Below are positions 37,802 through 48,204 of a DNA stretch of 57,044 nt, piece after piece. The DNA comes from Armatimonadota bacterium. GTDB lineage: Bacteria; Sysuimicrobiota; Sysuimicrobiia; Sysuimicrobiales; Kaftiobacteriaceae. The number at the start of each line of letters is the position of its first letter. Within the stretch, counting starts at the first letter, position 1. The stretch lies in assembly GCA_037440005.1 (NCBI GenBank), contig JBBIUY010000016.1, positions 1 through 57,044 of the forward strand, in the 5' to 3' direction. The translations under genes were made by a program, and so were the position numbers. A model generated the notes under the pieces. That model was not told where the DNA came from and made no database searches. It saw only the letters and a program-made list of their open reading frames with translations.

Positions 37802-39192
37802 GGGAGGATCCGGGGGCGCACCCGCATCCCCTCCCGCAGGGACCGGGGATCGCCCAGGGCCACCACCTCCCCTTCGGACAGGCCGGCCTCGATGGACACC
37901 AGGATGTCGCTGCGCGGGCCGGTCCGCACCGTCCGCCGGAGGAGGCGGCCTCTTTCAACGACATACACCCAGGAGCCGTCGTTGTCGTCGGCAAAGACCG
38001 CCTCCACCGGGACCACCAGGGCCTGGGGCACGGTCTGCAGTAACAGGTCCACGTCCACCCCCGTCCCGGCCCGCATCGGGGAGGGGCCGTCAAGGGCGAT
38101 GCGCACCCGGACCTGCCGGGAGCCGGGCCGCTGCTCCACCTGGGCGCCGACGGCGACGACGCGCCCGGTCAGCGCTAGGCCGGGGTAGGCGTCGGCGGTG
38201 ATCCGGGCCCGCACCCCCACCGCGATGCGTCCGACGTCCGCCTCGTCCACCTCCGCCGTGATCCAGCCCGCCGGCGCCACCACCGTGACTACCGGCACCC
38301 CCGGCCCCACCGGGGCGCCGGGCCGCAGGTACACTCGCGCCACCACCCCGTCAAAGGGCGCGACCAGCACCGCCCGGCGTGCTCGGGCGGCCGCGGCGTC
38401 GGCGGCGGCATGGGCCTGGCGGGCCGTCAGGCGCGCGGCCAGGACGGCCGTCTCCGCGGACGCCAGCGACGCCCGGGCGGCGTCCAGAGCCGCCTGGGCC
38501 TGGCGCACCTGCTCGGCGGCGGCGGCCACGGCCTCCGGGCGGGCCCCGGCCCGCAGGGTCTGCAGCTGCGCCTGCGCCTGCCGGTACTGGGCCGCGGCGG
38601 CGTCGTACTGGGCCCGCGCCGCGTCCAGCTGGCTTACGGAGATCGCTCCCTGGGCGTACAGCTGCTCGGAGGATTCCAGAGTCCGCCGGGCCTGGTCCAT
38701 GGCGGCCCGGGCGGCTTCCACCGCCGCCTCGGCCTGCTGCAGTTCGCTGGGGCGCGCGCCGGACCGCAGCTGGGCGAGGGAAGCCTGGGCAGCCCGATAG
38801 GCCGCCTCCGCCTGGCGGACCTGGGCCCGGGCGGCCTCCACCGCCGCCTCGGCCTGCAGGGCTTGGGCGTCCGCCGCCCGCGCGGCGGCCATGGCCTGGT
38901 CCGCCTGGGCGCGCAGCTCGGCGTCGTCTATGGCGGCCAGGACCTGTCCGCTCCGCACGGGCTGGCCTTCCTCCACCAGGACGCGGGCCAGCCGGCCCGG
39001 CATGTCAAACGACAGGTCCACGGTGGGCACCTCGTAGATCCCGGTGACCGGCAGGGTGACCTCCAGGGTCGCCCGCCGGACCACCGCGGCATCCACCGGC
39101 GTCGCCGCAGCCAGCGGCCCGGCGCGCCACGCCCACCCGGCGGCGACGGCCACCGCCAGCCCTGCTGCCAGTGCCCACCACAGACGGCGCAT
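37798..39192 (-). CDS. Efflux periplasmic adaptor (MacA/HlyD family)
   Basis: N-terminal anchor, lipoyl halves (V.EGQ.V..GQ; APFDGVV), long Ala/Gln coiled coil. Confidence 0.9.
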   Translation of the reverse strand: MRRLWWALAAGLAVAVAAGWAWRAGPLAAATPVDAAVVRRATLEVTLPVTGIYEVPTVDLSFDMPGRLARVLVEEGQPVRSGQVLAAIDDAELRAQADQAMAAARAADAQALQAEAAVEAARAQVRQAEAAYRAAQASLAQLRSGARPSELQQAEAAVEAARAAMDQARRTLESSEQLYAQGAISVSQLDAARAQYDAAAAQYRQAQAQLQTLRAGARPEAVAAAAEQVRQAQAALDAARASLASAETAVLAARLTARQAHAAADAAAARARRAVLVAPFDGVVARVYLRPGAPVGPGVPVVTVVAPAGWITAEVDEADVGRIAVGVRARITADAYPGLALTGRVVAVGAQVEQRPGSRQVRVRIALDGPSPMRAGTGVDVDLLLQTVPQALVVPVEAVFADDNDGSWVYVVERGRLLRRTVRTGPRSDILVSIEAGLSEGEVVALGDPRSLREGMRVRPRILP

Positions 39193-39515
39193 GCGGCCCC
39201 ATCATACCACCACACCGCCGCCGCTCCCCGAGATCCGCGCTCGCGCGGAAAGGGGCCGCCCCCCGTAGACGCGGTCCGGGGCGCGCCAGCGGTATGATGG
39301 ACGCGGGAGAGGTGATGGACGTGGGGAGCGGACCCGGCGGATCCGACCCGAACCTTCCCCAGGCGCCTCGCCACAGCCGGGACCGGCCGGCCCGGATGCG
39401 CCCCCGACACTGCTGACGCTGCTGCGGGACCTGCTGGCCGTGCGTCCCGAGGTCGTGGCGCCCGACGACGCGAAGCAGAAGCGGGCGGCCTGACGGACGC
39501 GCGTCCCGGGCGGGG

Positions 39516-40532
39516 CTAGCGGACGGAGGAGACGGCCACGTGGGGGCGGATCCAGGCGCCGGCGGCCGCCCACAGGTCGGGCGATTCGCTGCCCAGCCGC
39601 CACAGGGCCACGCCGGCCAGCCTCAGGTGCGCCGCCAGGGCCAGCTTGCGTTCCACGCTGCGGGCGTCCTCGAAGTACACGGTGCGGTCGAGGATCCGGT
39701 AGTAGGGGACCTGGGCCCGTCCGTCCCAGGCCACGGAAACCCCGGCCCGCGCGGCGCGTCCTAGGGCCTCGCGCATCGAGACCACCTCGCCCTCGCCCCG
39801 GGCGGGCCAGTCGTAGCCAAACAGCGCCACGCCCAGCAGCAGGCGCGAGAGGGGCACCTGGGAGGCCGCCGCCCGCACAGCACCCTCCACCCACGGCAGC
39901 GGCGCCACCGGACCGACGGGACCGGCGGTGCGCCCGTCGTGGTAGGCCCGCAGGATCACCGCGTCCGCCGTCCGGCCCAGGACCGCCAGGTCGTAGGCCC
40001 CCGCGGGCCGGCCGTCGTCCTCCACCGGGACCACCACCAGCACCTGGCGGTTGCGGCCGTGGGCTCCGGCCGCAAGCGCATCCACCAGGCCCACCAGCGC
40101 TGTGCGGTCTGCGGCGGGCAGCACGCCCAGGTCCAGGACCACCCCGTCGTAGTTGTACTCCCGGAGGGCGTCCGCCAGGGCTGCCGCCACCTGGCCGGCC
40201 AGGGAGGGCTGGACGAGGATCCGGTGAGTGACGTCGGCGGACGCCGCGGCGCGGACGTGCACCCGCGCTCCCCGGCTGCGGGCCAGGGCGACGACGCGCG
40301 GATCGTGGCGGCCGCGGACCCGTCCGTCGTCGGTCAGGGAGAAGGTGGCGGTGACGATCCCGCTGAGCCGGTGCCCCTGGGCGCGGACGGTGGACCAGGA
40401 GTTGGGATCCCAGTCCACGTAAAACCCCACCCCCGCCAGCGGGCGTACCGCCTGAGCCGGAGCGGCGCCGGCGGCCAGCAGGCAGGCTGCGGCGGCCAGA
40501 GCGCAGGCGGCGGTGGCAAACGGCGGTGTCAC
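39516..40532 (-). CDS. Secreted GH18-family protein (YaaH/YdhD-like), probably non-catalytic
   Basis: Signal peptide; YDGVVLD, GPVAPLPWV, LGVALFGYDW, YFEDARS, GVALWRLGSE. Confidence 0.82.
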   Translation of the reverse strand: MTPPFATAACALAAAACLLAAGAAPAQAVRPLAGVGFYVDWDPNSWSTVRAQGHRLSGIVTATFSLTDDGRVRGRHDPRVVALARSRGARVHVRAAASADVTHRILVQPSLAGQVAAALADALREYNYDGVVLDLGVLPAADRTALVGLVDALAAGAHGRNRQVLVVVPVEDDGRPAGAYDLAVLGRTADAVILRAYHDGRTAGPVGPVAPLPWVEGAVRAAASQVPLSRLLLGVALFGYDWPARGEGEVVSMREALGRAARAGVSVAWDGRAQVPYYRILDRTVYFEDARSVERKLALAAHLRLAGVALWRLGSESPDLWAAAGAWIRPHVAVSSVR

Positions 40533-40772
40533 GTCGGACGGATCCCGTCAGTCGGTGCGATGTCGCCGGCCCGGTGGCCGTCGGTGGGATTCGACGGCCG
40601 GCCCGCTGTCTCCTCACCGGCGACCCGCGCTATCCGGGTTGTGCCCGCCGCCGGGGGCGGTCAGACGCCGCCCGGCCGCCAGGCCCGCGGTCGTCCCTCC
40701 AACCGCCCAGGAACCCCCCCGCCGTCGCGCCAACACTAGCAGGGAGAACCGGACGGGCGTGGGGGGGGTGCC

Positions 40773-41720
40773 GTGAAGATCGCGGTGGTCGGCGCGGGCG
40801 CCATCGGCGGGTACTACGGCGCGCTGCTGCAGGAGACCGGACAGGAGGTGACCTTTCTCGCCCGCGGCGCGCACCTGCGGGCCCTGCGGGAGAGTGGGCT
40901 GCGCGTGGAGGACCTGGATCGCCCGCCGCGGGCCCTGCCGGTGCGGGCGACGGACGCGGCCGAGGACGTCGGGCCGGTGGACCTGGTCCTGTTCACGGTC
41001 AAGTCCTACGACACCGCCGCGGCCGCAGCGCACCTGCCGCCCCTGCTGGGGCCCCGGACCGCCGTCCTGACCCTCCAGAACGGGGTGGAGAACGTGGAGA
41101 TCCTGGCCGAGCGGGTCGGCCGGGACCGCGTGCTGGGGGGCGCGTGCTACATCTTCGCCTCGGTGCCGGCTCCCGGAGTGGTCCGCCGCACCGGCGGCCC
41201 CCGGCGGGTGGTCTTCGGAGAGCTGGACGGCGCGACGTCGCCCCGCGCCCGGGCCGTCCAGGAGGCGCTGGCGGCCACCGGGGTGCCGGTGGAGCTGTCG
41301 GACCGGATCCTGACCGACCTGTGGGAGAAGTACCTGTTCATCACCGCCCAGGGCGGAATGACGGCCCTCACCCGCCTGCCGGTGGGCGCGCTGCGCCGCA
41401 CCGCCGCCACCTTCGAGATGTACCTGGACGTGGCCAGCGAGGTGGCCGCCGTGGGGCGCGCCCATGGCGTGCCCATCCCGGCGGGGGAACGCGAGCGGGT
41501 GCGCCGCCTGGCGGAATCCCTGGACCCCGCCAGCTACTCGTCCCTGTACACCGACCTGGTCAGGGGAGCGCGCATGGAGCTGGACGCGCTGGTGGGCTAC
41601 GTGGTGAGGCTGGGGCGGCGCTACGGCGTGCCCACGCCCATGTGCCGGGCCATCTACGCGGCGTTGCTGGCCTACGACGAGGCGGCCCGGGCCGAGGGCC
41701 CGGGCGCTCCCCGCCCCTGA
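40773..41720 (+). CDS. panE: 2-dehydropantoate 2-reductase (ketopantoate reductase family)
   Basis: VVGAGAIGGYYG, VKSYD, LQNGV, LWEK, SSLYTD, ME.D. Confidence 0.9.
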   Translation: MKIAVVGAGAIGGYYGALLQETGQEVTFLARGAHLRALRESGLRVEDLDRPPRALPVRATDAAEDVGPVDLVLFTVKSYDTAAAAAHLPPLLGPRTAVLTLQNGVENVEILAERVGRDRVLGGACYIFASVPAPGVVRRTGGPRRVVFGELDGATSPRARAVQEALAATGVPVELSDRILTDLWEKYLFITAQGGMTALTRLPVGALRRTAATFEMYLDVASEVAAVGRAHGVPIPAGERERVRRLAESLDPASYSSLYTDLVRGARMELDALVGYVVRLGRRYGVPTPMCRAIYAALLAYDEAARAEGPGAPRP

Positions 41721-41727
41721 TCCCGCC

Positions 41728-42468
41728 ATGGAGTGGTGGCGCCGGCTGTTTGACTCGCCGCTGTACTTCGAGCTGTACGAGCCCCAGGACGTGGCCCGGG
41801 CGCGGGAGCAGGTCCCGCAGATCCTGTCCCTGCTGCGGCTGCAGCCCCCGGCCCGCATCCTGGACGTCCCCTGCGGGTACGGCCGCCACGCGGTGGAGCT
41901 GGCCGCCCGGGGATTTGCGGTCACCGGGGTGGACATCTCCGACGTCCAGCTGGCCCGCGCCCGCCAGCGGGCCGACCAGGCCGGGGTGGCGGTCACCTGG
42001 GTGCGCCAGGACGTGCGGACGCTGGCGCTGGCGGCGGAGTTCGACGCCGCCATCTGCATGTTCCTGTCCTTCGGCTACTTCGACACCGACGAGGAGAACT
42101 TCGCCATGCTGGCCGGCATCGCCCGCGCCCTGCGCCCCGGCGGGCGTTTTGTCCTGGACTACTGGAACCGGGAGTACGAGATCCGCACCTTCGACCAGTA
42201 CCAGGTGGACCGCACCGGCGACGTCTTCGAGGTGGAGGAGTGGGAGTTCGATCACCTCCGGGGGCGGCTGAACTGGACCAACCACGTCTTCTTCCCCGAC
42301 GGCCGCCGCCAGTCGTGGTTCCACTCGATCCGCGCCTACACGGTGGCCGAGGTGGTGGCCATGCTGGACCGCGCCGGATTCCAGCTGGACGGGGTGTACG
42401 GCGGTCTGGACGGCCAGCCCTACTCCCTGGACGCCGAGGCAGCCGTCTTCGTGGCCACCCGCCGCTGA
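41728..42468 (+). CDS. Class I SAM-dependent methyltransferase
   Basis: ILDVPCGYGRH, GVDIS, SFGYF, LRPGGRF. Confidence 0.92.
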   Translation: MEWWRRLFDSPLYFELYEPQDVARAREQVPQILSLLRLQPPARILDVPCGYGRHAVELAARGFAVTGVDISDVQLARARQRADQAGVAVTWVRQDVRTLALAAEFDAAICMFLSFGYFDTDEENFAMLAGIARALRPGGRFVLDYWNREYEIRTFDQYQVDRTGDVFEVEEWEFDHLRGRLNWTNHVFFPDGRRQSWFHSIRAYTVAEVVAMLDRAGFQLDGVYGGLDGQPYSLDAEAAVFVATRR

Positions 42469-42478
42469 CCCGGACGCC

Positions 42479-42883
42479 TCAGGGGCCTGTGGCCAGGCGG
42501 GCGACGACCTCCTGCCAGCGGCGGCGGGACACCAGCACCTGCACCTGCGTCCCCTCGCCGATCTTCTCCCGGGAGTTGTAGGCCTCCACGGCGCACACGA
42601 TCCGGCGCCCCTCGATGGCCTGCAGGCGGGCCCGGGCCGTGACCCGGTCGCCGGGGCCGGTGGGCGCCAGGTGGGTCACGCTGATCCGGTAGCCCACCGC
42701 GTCCTCCTCGGGCTCCAGGTAGGGGAGGATGAGGGTGCGGCAGGCCAGCTCCATGTGCCGGACCATCGACCAGGTGGCGTACAGGGGGTGCACCGGACCC
42801 AGGACCTCAAAGGTCGCCAGCATGTCGGCGGTGACGGTCACGGTCACGGTCGCTTCGGCGCCGGGGGACAGGCCGGGCTTCAC
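42479..42883 (-). CDS. Fluoroacetyl-CoA thioesterase (FlK)-like hotdog thioesterase
   Basis: HPLYATWSM..ME, AVG..V.HLAPT..G, IGEG. Confidence 0.85.
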   Translation of the reverse strand: MKPGLSPGAEATVTVTVTADMLATFEVLGPVHPLYATWSMVRHMELACRTLILPYLEPEEDAVGYRISVTHLAPTGPGDRVTARARLQAIEGRRIVCAVEAYNSREKIGEGTQVQVLVSRRRWQEVVARLATGP

Positions 42884-42978
42884 GCTGTAGGGGCTTCCGC
42901 CCGTCCCCCGCCCGCTCCTCCGCGGGATTCGGGCGCCCGACAGCGAAGACAGACCGCGCACGCCCGGAGGCGGCCGCC

Positions 42979-45582
42979 GTGGCCGGACGACCGGCGGGAA
43001 CGGTCACGTTCCTGTTCGCCGACATCGAGGGTTCCACCGAGATCCTCCAGCGGGTGGGAGATGCGCTCTACGGGCGCCTGCTGGCCCGCTACCGGGTGCT
43101 GATGCGCCGCTGCTGCCTGCGCCACCGGGGCTACCCCGTGGACGCCCTCGGCGACGGGTTCTTCGCGGCCTTCGCCGCGCCCCGGGACGCCGTGGCCGCC
43201 GCCCTGGCGATGCAGGCGGCGCTGGCCCGGGGTCGCTGGCCCGGACGGCTCCAGGTCCGCACGCGCGTCGGGCTGCACACGGGAGACGCCGTCCCCACCC
43301 GCCGGGGCTACGCCGGCGTGGAGGTCCACCGGGCCGCCCGCATCGGCGCCGCCGGCCACGGAGGCCAGATCCTGCTGTCGGAGACCACCGCCGCCCTGGT
43401 GGCCGACCGGCTCCCCGGAGGGGCGCGCCTGGGCGACCTGGGCGCCTACCGGCTGAGGGGGTTGCGCCGGGACGAGCGGCTGTACCAGGTCCTGCACCCC
43501 CACCTGCCCCCCGGCCTGCCCCCGCCCCGGGCCGCCGGCGCCGCGCTGCACAACCTCCCGCGGGCGCTGACCAGCTTTCTCGGGCGCGAGGAGGAGCGGG
43601 AGGAGGTCCGGCGGCTGCTGGCGCGCTTCCGCCTGGTCACCCTCACCGGTCCGGGCGGCGTGGGCAAGACGCGCCTGGCGCTCGAGGTCGCCCGGACGGC
43701 GCTGGCCCGCTTCCCCCACGGGGTGTGGCTGGTGGACCTGGCGCCGGTGGCCGACCCGGCTCTCGTCCCCGCCGCTGCGGCCGCCGTCCTGCGGGTGCGC
43801 GAGGAGCCCGGACGACCGCTCGCCGCCACCCTGGCGGACGCCCTGCGCGACCGCGCGCTGCTGCTGGTTCTGGACAACTGCGAGCACGTGGTGGAGGCGT
43901 CCGCCCACCTGTGCGACGCCCTGCTGCGGGCGGACGAGGGAGTGACGATCCTGGCGACCAGCCGCGAGCGGCTGGGAGTCGCCGGAGAGGCATCCTGGCC
44001 GGTCCCTCCTCTGCCGGTGCCGGAGCCCCCGGCGGACTCCGCCGATGCGCTGCGCGCGGTGGGGGTGCGCCTGTTCGTCGAGCGGGCCCAGGCCGCCCTG
44101 CCCGGGTTTGCGGTGACCGCACAGGACGTCCCCGATCTGGTCCGCATCGTCCGCGCCCTGGACGGCATCCCCCTGGCCATCGAACTCGCGGCGGCCCACG
44201 TGCCCGCCCTGCCGCTCCCAGAGCTGGCGGATAGGCTGGCCGAGCGGTTCCGGCTGGTCATGGCCGGCGGTCCTGCGTCCCCTCCGCGCCACCGGACCCT
44301 GCAGGCGGTCCTGCACTGGAGCTACGACTTGCTGGACGATGCCGAACGGCGCCTGCTGCGGCGGCTGGGAGTGTTCGCCGGCGGCTTCACCCTGGAGGCT
44401 GCCGAGGGCGTCTGCGCGTGGGGGGAGGTAAGCCGGGCCGACGTGGTCTCTCTGCTGGCCCGGCTGGTGACCCGGTCGCTGGTCGGGCACAGCGGCGGGC
44501 GCTACCGCCTGCTGGATACCGTCCGGCAGTACGCCCGCGACCGGCTGCGGGAGGCGGGCGAGGAGGAGGCGACCGACGACGCCCACCTGCGCTTTTTCCG
44601 GGACCTGGCCGAGCGCGCCGAGGCGGGCCTGCGCGGCCCCCGGCAGCACCGGTGGCTGCGGGTTCTGGACGCCGCCGCGGCGGACCTGGCGGCCGCGCTG
44701 TCGGCTGGGGTGCGCCGCCCCCCTCCGGCCGAGGACGGCCTGCGGCTGGCGGGAGCCCTGTGGCTGTACTGGTACATCCGGGGGTACTGGAAGGAAGGAC
44801 GCGCCCTGCTGCAGGAGGCGCTGGAAGCCGCCGGCCCGGCCGCACGCTGGCGGCGCGCCCGCCCTCTGCTGGCGCTGGCGCACCTGTCCGTCGTGCTGGG
44901 CCACGATCAGGGCGTGCAGCAGATGGCCCGGGACAGCCTGCGGATGTGCCGGCAGACCGGCGACGGCTTCGGCGAAGCATGCGCCCTGCTGGTCCTGGGG
45001 GTCCTGGCCCGCCGCTCCGGGCGCGCTGAGGAGGCCGTGGCGCTGCACGAGCAGAGCCTGGCCGTGTTCCAGCAGATGGGCGACCTGTGGGGGATGGTAT
45101 GGGCGCTGCGGCTGCTGGGCATCGTCCGCTGGCTGCGGGGCGAGCGGGCCCGCGCCGCCCGCCTGTTCGAGGACAGTCTGGACCTCTCGCGCGCCCAGGG
45201 CGACACCATGAACCAGGCTGCCGCCCTGCACAGCCTGGGCCGCATCGCCGCCTACGGCGGCGACCTCGCCCGGGCCGAAGGGCTGCTGCGGGAAGGCCTG
45301 CTGCTGTTCCGGGACCTGGGCGACCGGGAGGGGATCGCCTCCTCGATCCTCGTGCTGGGCCAGGTGGCGTCCGCCCGCGGCCAGCACCTGCGCGCGGTCC
45401 GGCTGCTGGCCGCCGCTCAGGCGCTGCGCAGTGCCATCGGCGAGCCCTCTGCCCCGGACGACCAGGCGCAGGCTCTGACCGCCGCCCGCGCGGCGCTGGG
45501 GGACCGGGCCGCCGAAGACGCCTGGCGGGACGGTTGGGCCCTGGGGGCGGACGACGCCGTGGCCGCGGCCCTGGAGCCCTGA
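42979..45582 (+). CDS. Class III nucleotidyl cyclase + STAND/NB-ARC ATPase + TPR protein
   Basis: FLFADIEGST, GDGFF, GLHTG; GPGGVGKTRL, LDNCEH, LDGIPLAIELAA; C-terminal TPR repeats. Confidence 0.9.
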   Translation: MAGRPAGTVTFLFADIEGSTEILQRVGDALYGRLLARYRVLMRRCCLRHRGYPVDALGDGFFAAFAAPRDAVAAALAMQAALARGRWPGRLQVRTRVGLHTGDAVPTRRGYAGVEVHRAARIGAAGHGGQILLSETTAALVADRLPGGARLGDLGAYRLRGLRRDERLYQVLHPHLPPGLPPPRAAGAALHNLPRALTSFLGREEEREEVRRLLARFRLVTLTGPGGVGKTRLALEVARTALARFPHGVWLVDLAPVADPALVPAAAAAVLRVREEPGRPLAATLADALRDRALLLVLDNCEHVVEASAHLCDALLRADEGVTILATSRERLGVAGEASWPVPPLPVPEPPADSADALRAVGVRLFVERAQAALPGFAVTAQDVPDLVRIVRALDGIPLAIELAAAHVPALPLPELADRLAERFRLVMAGGPASPPRHRTLQAVLHWSYDLLDDAERRLLRRLGVFAGGFTLEAAEGVCAWGEVSRADVVSLLARLVTRSLVGHSGGRYRLLDTVRQYARDRLREAGEEEATDDAHLRFFRDLAERAEAGLRGPRQHRWLRVLDAAAADLAAALSAGVRRPPPAEDGLRLAGALWLYWYIRGYWKEGRALLQEALEAAGPAARWRRARPLLALAHLSVVLGHDQGVQQMARDSLRMCRQTGDGFGEACALLVLGVLARRSGRAEEAVALHEQSLAVFQQMGDLWGMVWALRLLGIVRWLRGERARAARLFEDSLDLSRAQGDTMNQAAALHSLGRIAAYGGDLARAEGLLREGLLLFRDLGDREGIASSILVLGQVASARGQHLRAVRLLAAAQALRSAIGEPSAPDDQAQALTAARAALGDRAAEDAWRDGWALGADDAVAAALEP

Positions 45583-45586
45583 CCCC

Positions 45587-46300
45587 TCAGAAGGTCTTGG
45601 TCAGGGCGATCTGCACCCCCGACCAGGTGTACGTACTCCCGGCGGCGCCGGCATCCACGGTCTTGGACGTGTACGTCAGGGCCATCCCCCAGTCGGTGGG
45701 AGGCAGAGGGCTGGGCCGGCCTACCCCGCCCAGCAGGGCCGGCGTGAAAGACGGCGCCTGAAGCGCCATCCCCATGGACGGCAGCTTGTAATGCACGCCG
45801 ACGCTCCACTCGGTGGCCGCGCCCGACGAGGGGGCCAGGCCCGCGCTGGCGTTGGACGGAGACCACACCAGCCTCGCGTGGACGGTCCACCCCGACGCCA
45901 CAGGCCGGCGGACGTCTATACCGACCCGGACCCCGCTGCTGCGCACCGACAGGCCCGGCGGCGCCCACTGCAGGGACTCGTAGCCCACCAGACCGGTCGC
46001 CTGGACGGCTCCGGCGCCCAGGTCGTAGGTGGCGTCCAGGCTCCAGAAGGTGTCGGTGCCGCCGGCGTGGGACCCGCTGAGCACGCGCACCTGCAGCCCC
46101 CAGGGGGAATCTCCGCGGACCATGCTGTACTGCAGGCCCCACAGGCCCACGGTCCACGCCGCTCCCGTGCTGGACGACGCCGACGCCGACCAGGAGCTCA
46201 CCTCCACCGTGTGCCGCGCCGGCGCGGCCATCTGGGCGCCCGCCGGCGCGGCCGCCAGCAGCACGGCCAGCGCGCAACCGATCCACGCTCCCCGCATCAT
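45587..46300 (-). CDS. Exported protein, probable outer-membrane beta-barrel
   Basis: GGAGG SD; signal peptide ending AGA-Q; alternating beta-strand pattern rich in W/Y/G; C-terminal Phe (GVQIALTKTF). Lies inside the spurious 866-aa ORF. Confidence 0.75.
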   Translation of the reverse strand: MMRGAWIGCALAVLLAAAPAGAQMAAPARHTVEVSSWSASASSSTGAAWTVGLWGLQYSMVRGDSPWGLQVRVLSGSHAGGTDTFWSLDATYDLGAGAVQATGLVGYESLQWAPPGLSVRSSGVRVGIDVRRPVASGWTVHARLVWSPSNASAGLAPSSGAATEWSVGVHYKLPSMGMALQAPSFTPALLGGVGRPSPLPPTDWGMALTYTSKTVDAGAAGSTYTWSGVQIALTKTF

Positions 46301-46495
46301 AACGCTCACCTCCGCAGCGGACAGTTGGACTGCACCGAAGACAGCCGGAAGGGCGACGGCCGGCGACGCGCCGGTGGGCCGCAGCGCGCGGCCCGGGGGC
46401 GACAGTGAGATGCCTGCGGGATTCCCCCTCCGGCGGCCGTCTCCTGCCGGCGGGCGCGTTGCAGGATCGGCCCGGCGGCCGGTATCCTGGACGGC

Positions 46496-48139
46496 GTGGC
46501 CGTCCCCCTGGACCTGGGGCTTGTGGGAGGGGTCGTGGCCGACGTGCGGGCTGGCCGGATCCGCCGTCTGGCGGTGGGCATCCGGGCGGGACGCATCGCG
46601 GCGCTGGAGTCCGACGACGAGATCCGCTCCCGCAGCGGTGCGGTGCTGGACCTGGCCGGGGCGGTGGTTGTCCCCGGCTACATCGAGCCCCACGGTCACC
46701 TGCTGGCCGCCAGCCCGACCGAGTTCGCCGCGGTGCTGCTGCGCCACGGCACGACCACCGCCGTCATCGACGCACTGCCGCTGATGATGCTGGCGCGGCC
46801 GGACCGGTTGGCGGAGGTGCTGGAGCACCTGGCGGGGCTGCCCATGAAGTTCCGCTGGCTGATCCGCCTGCACCCCCAGTCGTTCACCGACGGCGACGGC
46901 CGTTTTGCGCCCGAGCGGCTGCGGGCCCTGTGGCGGCGGCCGTGGGCGGCGGCGGTGGGCGAAGTTACCCGCTGGTTCGACGTGGTCTTGGGCGACCCGC
47001 ACCTGCTGGAACTGATCCGCCAGGCGCGCCAGGACGACCGTCCGGTCGAAGGCCACGCCCCCGGCGCCTCCCGGGAGCGCCTGGCGGCGCTGCGGGCGGC
47101 GGGGGTGACGTCCTGCCATGAGGCGGTCACCGCCCGGGAGGTCCGGGACCGGCTGGAGGTGGGGCTGGTGGCCATGCTGCGGCACAGCAGCATCCGCCCC
47201 GACCTGCCGGCCCTGCTGGAGGCCGTCACGCCACAGGACATCGCCGCGGGAAAGGTGATGCTCACCGCCGACGGCCCCACCCCCGCCTTCATCGCCGACG
47301 GAGGCTACCTGGACGGCCTGGCCCGCATCGCGCTGGGCCGGGGCGTGGACCCCCTGGACGTGCTGCGCATGATCACCTGGAACCCCGCCCGCTACTACGG
47401 ATGGGACGACCTGGGCGCGGTGGCCGTGGGGGCGCGGGCCGACCTCAACGTCCTGGCCGACCTGCGCGACCCCACGCCGGTGGCGGTGATCTCCGGAGGG
47501 GAGGTGGTCGTCCGGGACGGGGCGGTGACGGCCGCGCTGCCCGCGCCCGACTGGCGGGACGTCTTTGAGCCCCTGCCGGTGCCGCGCCTGCCGCCCGAGG
47601 CCCTGGCCTGCCCGCCCGGGCGCGTGGGGCTGCGTCTGGTCAGCGACGTGATCACCGAGCCCCTGCCCCCCGAGGCCGTTCCGCCCCGGGCCCTGCACCT
47701 GGCCCTGGTGGACCGCCGCGGCCGGTGGGTGACCCGGGCCCGCCTGGCGGGGTGCGCGGACCGCCTGGGCGGGCTGGCCACCACCCTGACCAGCGGCTTT
47801 GAGCCGGTCGCCGTGCTGGGCGCCGATCCCCGCGACATGGCGCAGGCCCTGGTCCGCCTGGGCGAGCTGGGCGGCGGGCTGGTGGTGGTGGACGGCGGGT
47901 CGGAGGTCTTCGCCCTCCCCCTGGACGCAGGCCCGTACTCGTTGCGCCCGTGGGCGGAGGTGGTGGAGGCCAACCGCCGTTTCAACGCCCTGATGCGCGC
48001 CCGCGGATATCCGTTCTCCGACCCGCTGTTCACGCTGCTGTTCTTGACCTTTGACTCGCTGCCGTGGATCCGGGTGACCGCCCGCGGCGTGTGGGATGTC
48101 CGCCGGCGGGAGATCGTGCAGCCTCCGGACCCCCTTTGA
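46496..48139 (+). CDS. Adenine deaminase-like amidohydrolase
   Basis: PGYIEPHGH, GTTT, EGHAPG, CHEA, TADG, NPARYYG, C-terminal adenine deaminase domain. Confidence 0.82.
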   Translation: MAVPLDLGLVGGVVADVRAGRIRRLAVGIRAGRIAALESDDEIRSRSGAVLDLAGAVVVPGYIEPHGHLLAASPTEFAAVLLRHGTTTAVIDALPLMMLARPDRLAEVLEHLAGLPMKFRWLIRLHPQSFTDGDGRFAPERLRALWRRPWAAAVGEVTRWFDVVLGDPHLLELIRQARQDDRPVEGHAPGASRERLAALRAAGVTSCHEAVTAREVRDRLEVGLVAMLRHSSIRPDLPALLEAVTPQDIAAGKVMLTADGPTPAFIADGGYLDGLARIALGRGVDPLDVLRMITWNPARYYGWDDLGAVAVGARADLNVLADLRDPTPVAVISGGEVVVRDGAVTAALPAPDWRDVFEPLPVPRLPPEALACPPGRVGLRLVSDVITEPLPPEAVPPRALHLALVDRRGRWVTRARLAGCADRLGGLATTLTSGFEPVAVLGADPRDMAQALVRLGELGGGLVVVDGGSEVFALPLDAGPYSLRPWAEVVEANRRFNALMRARGYPFSDPLFTLLFLTFDSLPWIRVTARGVWDVRRREIVQPPDPL

Positions 48140-48204
48140 CCCGCAGGAGAGGGCCGGGCCGGGAGGTAAGACATCTGGCACCCTCACCGACGAGGAGGAG
48201 AGAG

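Noticed and set aside
38380..38900. Repetitive gcggcc/ctgggc DNA
   Set aside because: Explained by the Ala/Gln coiled coil of the efflux adaptor.
39293..39493. Small + strand ORF ending LLTLLRDLLAVRPEVVAPDDAKQKRAA after a TATGAT
   Set aside because: The SD-linked ATG at 39315 is in a different frame from the protein-like tail; no consistent gene model.
46301..48187. First ~630 codons of the 866-aa minus ORF
   Set aside because: Mostly antisense to the adenine deaminase gene; only the last 237 codons look real.
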